Shown piece by piece: positions 58,253 through 64,000 of a stretch of DNA of 64,000 bases (within the stretch, counting starts at the first letter, position 1; every line of letters begins with the position of its first letter). The notes below the pieces were generated by a model, which was not told the origin of the DNA, searched no databases, and saw only the letters and a program-made list of their open reading frames with translations. This DNA comes from Candidatus Omnitrophota bacterium (lineage in GTDB: Bacteria; Omnitrophota; Gorgyraeia; JAFGHF01). The translations under genes and the position numbers were made by a program. The stretch lies in the NCBI GenBank assembly GCA_043805735.1, contig JAZDHS010000024.1, positions 2,792-66,791 on the forward strand, in the 5' to 3' direction.

Positions 58253-61200
58253 ATGACTCAGCATTCCGATTTTGTGCACTTACACGTGCACACTCAATAT
58301 AGCCTTTTAGACGGGGCCTGTAAAATTGACGCCCTGCTTAATTTAGCCCGTAATGAACGCGCGCCCGCCTTAGCCATTACCGATCACGGTAACCTCTTTG
58401 GTGTAATTGAATTCTACCAGCAATGCATTGTCGATGGTGTAAAACCGCTGATCGGCTGTGAAATATACATCGCCCCCGTCAGCCGCCTGGAAAAAACCCT
58501 GCAGAACAATCAGGAAAACGCCTACCATCTTACACTGCTGGCCAAAGACGAAAAAGGTTATAAAAATTTAATGCTGCTGGTCAGCATTGGCTACCTTGAG
58601 GGATTTTATTACAAGCCCCGAATCGACAAAGAATGCTTGCGTCAACACAGCCAAGGCCTGATTGCCTTAAGCGGATGCCTGCACGGAGAAATTGCGCATG
58701 CGTTTCTTACCGGGTCGGCGCAAAAGGCGGCTGAACTGGCCGGTGAATACAGCGAAATTCTGGGTAAAGACAATTTTTATCTGGAACTGCAGGATCAGGG
58801 AATACCCCAGCAGAAAACAGTCAATCGCGCGCTGATTGAGTTGAGTAAAAAGCTTGCTCTTCCAATAGTTGCCACCAACGATGTCCACTATTTAAGCAAA
58901 AGAGACGCCGCGGCGCACGACGCGCTCTTATGCATCCAAACCCAAACTACCCTCTCTAACACCAACCGCCTGAAGATGGCCACCGATGAATTCTATTTTA
59001 AAAATGCGGCGCAAATGCACGAGCTGTTTAAGGAAACTCCGGAGGCAATTTCCAATACGCTGGCCATTGCCGAAAAATGCAACATGGAGATCGATTTCTC
59101 AAAAACCTATCTGCCTCACTATAAAGTCCCCGAAGGTATTTCTCGGGAAGACTATCTGCGGCAACTCTGCAACGAAGGCCTGCAGAAAAGGTATAAAGGC
59201 CAAATCGACAAGATTATCATCGACCGTTTAAACCACGAACTCAACGTAATCAAAGATTCCGGATACATTAGTTATTTTTTAATCGCTTGGGACTTCATCC
59301 ATTACGCCAAAGAAAAGGGGATCCCCCATGGCCCCGGCCGCGGTTCCGCGGCGGGTAGTATCGTCAGTTACATCTTGGGGATTACCGACATTGACCCACT
59401 GAAATACGGCCTGATCTTTGAACGCTTTCTCAACCCTGAACGCGTCAGCCTGCCCGACATTGACATCGATTTTTGTTATGAACGCCGCGGTGATGTCATT
59501 AATTACGTTACTGAGAAATACGGTAAACAAAACGTCGCCCAAATCATCACCTTCGGCACGATGGGGGCCAAGGCGGTGGTGCGCGATGTCGGCCGCGTAA
59601 TGGGGATGCCTTATGCCGAGGTCGATAAAATTGCCAAGCTTATCCCTACTGACTTGAATATCGCCCTGACCTCCGCTCTTCAGGCTGAGCCAGAACTAAA
59701 AAGTCTCTACAAAAGCAACCCCCAGATTAAAGAACTGCTTGATACCTCTCTGGCGCTGGAAGGGCTTACCCGTCATGCCTCTACGCACGCTGCCGGAGTT
59801 GTGATTTGCGAGGATAATCTCACCGAGCACATCCCGTTATTTAAAACCAGCGATGGACAGATTACTACCGGGGTCGCGATGGGCTCCCTGGAAAAAATCG
59901 GCCTGTTAAAAATGGACTTTTTAGGCCTGCGCACGCTCACCGTAATCGACGAGACCATTAAAATTATCAAACGAATGAAGGGCATCGACCTGGACTTAAC
60001 CACGCTTTCCTTAGAAGACTTAAAAACCTATGAACTCCTCGGCCAGGCCAAGACCGTGGGCGTGTTTCAGTTAGAAAGCCGAGGAATGCGCGACCTGCTT
60101 AAAAAACTCAAACCGGAAAAATTTGAAGACCTGGTAGCGCTGTTGGCGATTTATCGTCCCGGCCCGATCGGCAGCGGTATGGTCGATGATTTTATCAGAC
60201 GTAAGCACGGCCAGGTTCCAATTAGCTACGACGACCCGCACCTTGAGCCGATCCTCAAAGAAACCTACGGCATTATTATCTTCCAGGAGCAAGTCATGCA
60301 GATTGCCAGCGAACTGGCCGGTTTCGCACTAAGCCAGGCCGACATCTTAAGGCGGGCAATGAGCAAAAAAGATACGCAGGTCATGGAAGAACAACGCAAC
60401 TTTTTTGTCGACGGCTGCGTGCGCAATAAAATTAATAAAAAAGTGGCCAGCAAGATTTTTAACTTGATCGAATATTTTGCCGGCTATGGTTTTAATAAAT
60501 CGCATTCCGCGGCCTACGCGCTGATTTCTTACCGCACAGCCTATCTCAAAGCTAATTTTCCGGTTGAATTCATGACCGCGTTACTCACCAGTGAAAAAGA
60601 CAACACCGACAAAATCGTGGTCTATATCAACGAGGCCAATAAAATGGCGATCGAGATCCTTTCTCCCGACGCAAACGAGAGTTTTGCCAAATTCACCATG
60701 GTCTCCGATGCCTCGATCCGCTTCGGGTTATCGGCCGTAAAAAATGTGGGCCAGGGCGCGATTGACTCCATTATCCTCGCCCGTAATAAACAGGGAAGGT
60801 TTAATTCTCTTTTTGAATTTTGCGAATTCACCGATTCGCGCCTGGTAAATAGAAAGGTTATTGAGAGTCTGATTAAATGCGGGGCTTTTGATAGTTTCGG
60901 GCAATTTCGTTCCCAGCTAATGGTCAACCTGGATAAGGCGCTGGAAATGGCTCAAGGATTTCAAAAAGACCGGCAAAACGGCCAATTCTCTTTCTTTGAC
61001 GCCAACAACAAAACCCAAACTTTTAAAAAAGACTTTTACGACACGCCGGATTTACCGGAGTGGCCGGAAAACCAACTCCTGGCCTACGAAAGACAGATGC
61101 TCGGCTTTTATATCACCGGGCATCCGCTGGCCCGCTATGCCAAAACCTTAAACGCCTATGCCACCCACTCCACCCAAGACATCGCCAATTTGAAAGAAGG

Positions 61201-61702
61201 GGAGGCCATCTCTATTGGCGGGGTAATCAGCAAGGTCCGCAATTTGATCACCCGAAAAAATGAAAAAATGGCTATATTGGAATTGGAAGACCTCAGCGGC
61301 TTCATCGAAGTGCTCGTCTTTCCACGGGTATTTACCCAATATAGCCAAATTGTCAAGCTACACTCGATTATCTTCATGAAAGGGCGGATCAGCCTGCGCG
61401 ACCGGGAACCGCAAATAGTAGCCGAAGAAATTATTCCGCTGCCGGATGTGCATAAATACTATACCATTTCGATCCAAATTACGCTTTTTACTACCGGCCT
61501 GGAAGAACAAATGCTCAACAAGCTCAAAGACATCCTCAAACGCCACCCTGGAAAAATACCGGTTTACCTAGGCCTGCAAAGCCCCGACCACCACCGGGTC
61601 CAGCTGGAAGTCAATCCCGAATTCTATAGCGAACCCTCGGAACAGCTGGTCAGCGAAATCGAAACCGCTCTGGGAGAAGGGGTTGTAACACTAAGAAGCT
61701 GA
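58253..61702 (+). CDS. dnaE: DNA polymerase III alpha subunit
   Basis: 1149 aa; PHP domain HLHVHTQYSLLDG, pol catalytic motifs. Confidence 0.95.
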   Translation: MTQHSDFVHLHVHTQYSLLDGACKIDALLNLARNERAPALAITDHGNLFGVIEFYQQCIVDGVKPLIGCEIYIAPVSRLEKTLQNNQENAYHLTLLAKDEKGYKNLMLLVSIGYLEGFYYKPRIDKECLRQHSQGLIALSGCLHGEIAHAFLTGSAQKAAELAGEYSEILGKDNFYLELQDQGIPQQKTVNRALIELSKKLALPIVATNDVHYLSKRDAAAHDALLCIQTQTTLSNTNRLKMATDEFYFKNAAQMHELFKETPEAISNTLAIAEKCNMEIDFSKTYLPHYKVPEGISREDYLRQLCNEGLQKRYKGQIDKIIIDRLNHELNVIKDSGYISYFLIAWDFIHYAKEKGIPHGPGRGSAAGSIVSYILGITDIDPLKYGLIFERFLNPERVSLPDIDIDFCYERRGDVINYVTEKYGKQNVAQIITFGTMGAKAVVRDVGRVMGMPYAEVDKIAKLIPTDLNIALTSALQAEPELKSLYKSNPQIKELLDTSLALEGLTRHASTHAAGVVICEDNLTEHIPLFKTSDGQITTGVAMGSLEKIGLLKMDFLGLRTLTVIDETIKIIKRMKGIDLDLTTLSLEDLKTYELLGQAKTVGVFQLESRGMRDLLKKLKPEKFEDLVALLAIYRPGPIGSGMVDDFIRRKHGQVPISYDDPHLEPILKETYGIIIFQEQVMQIASELAGFALSQADILRRAMSKKDTQVMEEQRNFFVDGCVRNKINKKVASKIFNLIEYFAGYGFNKSHSAAYALISYRTAYLKANFPVEFMTALLTSEKDNTDKIVVYINEANKMAIEILSPDANESFAKFTMVSDASIRFGLSAVKNVGQGAIDSIILARNKQGRFNSLFEFCEFTDSRLVNRKVIESLIKCGAFDSFGQFRSQLMVNLDKALEMAQGFQKDRQNGQFSFFDANNKTQTFKKDFYDTPDLPEWPENQLLAYERQMLGFYITGHPLARYAKTLNAYATHSTQDIANLKEGEAISIGGVISKVRNLITRKNEKMAILELEDLSGFIEVLVFPRVFTQYSQIVKLHSIIFMKGRISLRDREPQIVAEEIIPLPDVHKYYTISIQITLFTTGLEEQMLNKLKDILKRHPGKIPVYLGLQSPDHHRVQLEVNPEFYSEPSEQLVSEIETALGEGVVTLRS

Positions 61703-61746
61703 CCAGTCTTTAAATCCGCCGATTATCCACATTACCGCATTTTTCC

Positions 61747-61775
61747 TTGACAGCTAAACTCTTTAATGCTATATT
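61747..61775 (+). promoter_or_regulatory. Promoter TTGACA-17-TATATT
   Basis: Read directly upstream of hup leader. Confidence 0.45.
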
Positions 61776-61815
61776 ATTTAAGTCTTGAAATTACTTATAG
61801 TTAGCACATTAATTC

Positions 61816-61871
61816 GCACAACAACTTACGTCACTATCGTTCCGTAAGTTGCGTGCTCATTAAGGAGGTGA
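61816..61871 (+). promoter_or_regulatory. Leader hairpin (GCACAACAACTTACG...CGTAAGTTGCGTGC) followed by TCATTAAGGAGG; same architecture as 4575-4628
   Basis: Inverted repeat and shared 15-mer GTGCTCATTAAGGAG seen directly. Confidence 0.5.
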
Positions 61872-61879
61872 AATGAAAA

Positions 61880-62152
61880 ATGACAAAGAAGGAAATCGTC
61901 CTCAAGATTGCCGAAGAAACGAATATTAAGCAGGTAGACGTAAAGAAAGTAGTGCAAAAGGCGTTAGATGAAATTGTTGCCGCCTTAGCCAGGGGGGAAC
62001 GGGTAGAGCTGCGCAACTTTGGTATTTTTAAGGTTAAAGCTAGACGCGGCCGCACCGGTAGGAACCCACGCACCGGACAGGCAGTTCCCGTACCGGCGAA
62101 AAAGGTAGCGGTCTTTAAACCCGGTTTAATCATGAAACGGGACATCAAGTAG
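61880..62152 (+). CDS. hup: HU/IHF-family DNA-binding protein
   Basis: 90 aa; [27 protein letters not shown] arm. Confidence 0.85.
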   Translation: MTKKEIVLKIAEETNIKQVDVKKVVQKALDEIVAALARGERVELRNFGIFKVKARRGRTGRNPRTGQAVPVPAKKVAVFKPGLIMKRDIK

Positions 62153-62278
62153 CGCAAACCCAGCATTAGCCGCTGCAGCAACTTTACTCCGAGAATATTG
62201 TCTTTACTGCGCATTAATATAACTACTTAGAATGAAAGGCCTTTAAGGCCGACGCCTTGAGACTTTTTATATACTATT

Positions 62279-63535
62279 TTGACAGGCACAATGAGAATAA
62301 AAGCGGTTAGAGGAACAAAAGATATCCTGCCATACGATGCAAAAATATGGCGGTTAATCGAAGATAAAGCAAGAAGTTTATTAGAACTCTATTGCTATCA
62401 AGAAATACGCACGCCTCTTCTGGAAGAAGCCCGCCTTTTTACGCGCAGTATCGGCGAAAGCTCCGATATCGTCCGCAAAGAGATGTATTCTTTCAAGGAC
62501 CGTAAAGAAAGAGTGCTTTGCCTGCGGCCGGAAGGAACGGCCTCGGTAGTCCGGGCTTACCTGGAGCACGATCTAGACCAAAGCGAGCAGCTAAGCAAAT
62601 TTTATTATTTCGGCCCGATGTTTCGGGCCGAACGGCCGCAAGCCGGAAGGCTGCGCCAGTTTCATCACATCGGGGTAGAAGCAATCGGCTCAGGCTCACC
62701 TTACTTAGATGCAGAGGTGATTACCCTAGCCGTAAGAATCCTTGAGCATACCGGCGTAAATAACTTCACCGTCCATTTAAATAGTATCGGTTCACAACAA
62801 GACCGCGAAGAGTTTAAGTCGCTAATCTCAACAGCCCTAAAGAGTAAAATTAAAGAACTCTGCCCGGATTGCCACAGCCGGCTAAAAACTAATGTGCTGC
62901 GTATTTTTGATTGCAAAAATACCTCCTGCCAGGCAGTGACCCGCCAATTGCCGCCGATAACGCAAGCGCTGGGATCGCAAAGCAAAGAACATTTCCTACA
63001 AGTGCAAAAACTTCTCGATACCTTGAGCATTCCTTATACACTTAATCCCTTCTTAGTACGCGGGCTGGATTACTACACTACTACTTGTTTTGAAATTGTA
63101 CATCCGAATTTAGGGGCGCAAAATGCGCTCGGGGCCGGGGGAAGATACGACAGCTTAGTCAGCGATCTCGGCGGGCCGCCGCGACCGGCAGTCGGGTTTG
63201 CCCTGGGCATGGAACGCTTAATTGCGGCCAAGATAGTAGAGCCCGGCGAACCGGGACCGGGGATGCGCGTTTTTATTGCGGTGCTCGGAGATCAAGCCCA
63301 ACCACTGGCTTTTTCTCTTTTAAACTCGCTACGCGGTGAGGGCATTAGCGCGGAGATGAATTATCAGGATAAATCACTGAAAAGCCAAATGCGCCTGGCC
63401 GATAAATTAGCGGCGGCGAACGTCGTCATTATCGGCGAAGAAGAAGTCAAAAAACAAAAAGTAATCTTACGTAACATGCGCGATAAAACCCAAAAAGAAG
63501 TCGAAATCGCAAGACTTGCACAGGAGTTAGAATAA
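62279..63535 (+). CDS. hisS: Histidyl-tRNA synthetase
   Basis: 418 aa; class II motifs. Confidence 0.9.
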   Translation: MTGTMRIKAVRGTKDILPYDAKIWRLIEDKARSLLELYCYQEIRTPLLEEARLFTRSIGESSDIVRKEMYSFKDRKERVLCLRPEGTASVVRAYLEHDLDQSEQLSKFYYFGPMFRAERPQAGRLRQFHHIGVEAIGSGSPYLDAEVITLAVRILEHTGVNNFTVHLNSIGSQQDREEFKSLISTALKSKIKELCPDCHSRLKTNVLRIFDCKNTSCQAVTRQLPPITQALGSQSKEHFLQVQKLLDTLSIPYTLNPFLVRGLDYYTTTCFEIVHPNLGAQNALGAGGRYDSLVSDLGGPPRPAVGFALGMERLIAAKIVEPGEPGPGMRVFIAVLGDQAQPLAFSLLNSLRGEGISAEMNYQDKSLKSQMRLADKLAAANVVIIGEEEVKKQKVILRNMRDKTQKEVEIARLAQELE

Positions 63536-63538
63536 CTA

Positions 63539-64000
63539 ATGATGCGCACACATACCTGCGGAGAACTCAACGATAAACATCTAGGCCAAGAAGTAACACT
63601 TTGTGGTTGGGTCCATAGCCGGCGCGACCACGGCAATATTGTTTTCATTGACCTGCGTGATAAATTTGGCCTGACCCAAATAGTTTTTTGGGGTAAAAAA
63701 GCGATTGAAAAGATTGCCGACATCCGTTCGGAGTTTGTCTTAAAAATCAAAGGCAAGGTCCAGCCCCGGCCAAAAGGCACAGAGAATCCTAAAATCCCTA
63801 CCGGCCTGATTGAGGTTGCGGTTACGGAGTTTGAGATTTTAAACACTTCGCAAACCCCGCCGTTTGAAATTTCCGGCACGATCGAGGCCACCGAGGAAGT
63901 CCGTTTCACCCACCGCTATCTTGACCTGCGCCGACCGGGCGTAATTGAAAAGTTAGAGTTACGGCACAAAGTGATCAAGGCAATGCGCGATTTCCTTGAT
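63539..64000 (+). CDS. aspS: Aspartyl-tRNA synthetase, N-terminal fragment (continues past window)
   Basis: MMRTHTCGELNDKHLGQEVTLCGWVHSRRDHGNIVFIDLRD... OB-fold anticodon-binding domain. Confidence 0.85.
   Translation, partial: MMRTHTCGELNDKHLGQEVTLCGWVHSRRDHGNIVFIDLRDKFGLTQIVFWGKKAIEKIADIRSEFVLKIKGKVQPRPKGTENPKIPTGLIEVAVTEFEILNTSQTPPFEISGTIEATEEVRFTHRYLDLRRPGVIEKLELRHKVIKAMRDFLD

Noticed and set aside
62238-62268. Terminator after hup (GGCCTTTAAGGCC palindrome)
   Set aside because: The stem is only 5-6 bp with a minimal loop, and the U-tract is 13 nt away. Too weak to call.
63364-63909. 181-aa minus-strand ORF
   Set aside because: Antisense to the hisS 3' end and the aspS 5' end, both with clear synthetase motifs.

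Overview
This 64 kb window is a gene-dense, almost entirely plus-strand bacterial chromosomal segment. It has the look of a Gram-negative (diderm) lineage with long polycistronic arrays and roughly 48% GC. The organism cannot be named from sequence alone.

Bases 1-12.7 kb are the conserved S10/spc/alpha ribosomal-protein super-operon. The order is rplB (3' end), rpsS, rplV, rpsC, rplP, rpmC, rpsQ, rplN, rplX, rplE, a zinc-type rpsZ, rpsH, rplF, rplR, rpsE, rplO, secY, adk, map, infA, rpmJ, rpsM, rpsK, rpsD, rpoA, rplQ. There is no rpmD (L30), and S3, L22, S5 and L17 carry lineage-specific C-terminal tails. This operon runs without a terminator into an aminotransferase and then a leuC/leuD/leuB-like cluster. 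A type IV pilus retraction ATPase (pilT) sits, start/stop-overlapped, between leuC and leuD. A malate dehydrogenase (mdh) and a second aminotransferase follow.

The rest of the window carries:
- 20-25 kb: a GGDEF diguanylate cyclase, a MarC-family membrane protein, an HTH/coiled-coil protein with a small PC4-like ssDNA-binding ORF, and a divergent beta-CASP RNase.
- 25-37 kb: a long envelope and lipid operon (MGDG-synthase-like glycosyltransferase, LpxL-like acyltransferase, GT2, pcm, TonB, rpsU, a tandem M16 peptidase, a MEMO1-like protein, rmuC).
- 37-47 kb: a biosynthetic operon (aroQ, pepP-like, efp, accB, accC, pfkA, gmhA, rfaE-II, thiE, thiC, a PfkB-family kinase).
- 47-64 kb: tRNA-Gly(CCC), a LysM/M23 peptidase, an Arch_ATPase/DUF234-like ATPase with a YfcE-like phosphoesterase and a dGTPase, a GAF/HD-GYP phosphodiesterase, SPOR/SH3b/M50 envelope proteins, aroB, a minus-strand exeA-gspB-like pair, dnaE, an HU/IHF-family gene (hup), hisS and the 5' part of aspS.

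No transposase, integrase, CRISPR array or rRNA was seen.

The most unusual signals are non-coding:
1. A family of roughly 40-nt palindromic hairpin repeats sits immediately 3' of stop codons at four places. The two arms carry compensatory changes between copies.
2. A shared leader architecture, a cAAnTTACG...CGTAAnTTG hairpin followed by the 15-mer GTGCTCATTAAGGAG, lies upstream of both rplF and the HU gene. Large structured spacers flank rpsH.
3. A 13-bp GC-rich helix would sequester the Shine-Dalgarno and the GUG start of aroB. An alternative pairing partner for its 5' arm lies in the loop.
4. A perfect palindrome overlaps the promoter of the HTH gene at 22188.

The two aminoacyl-tRNA synthetase genes at the 3' end (hisS and partial aspS) and rpsU and rpmJ were not in the supplied ORF track; I called them by eye.
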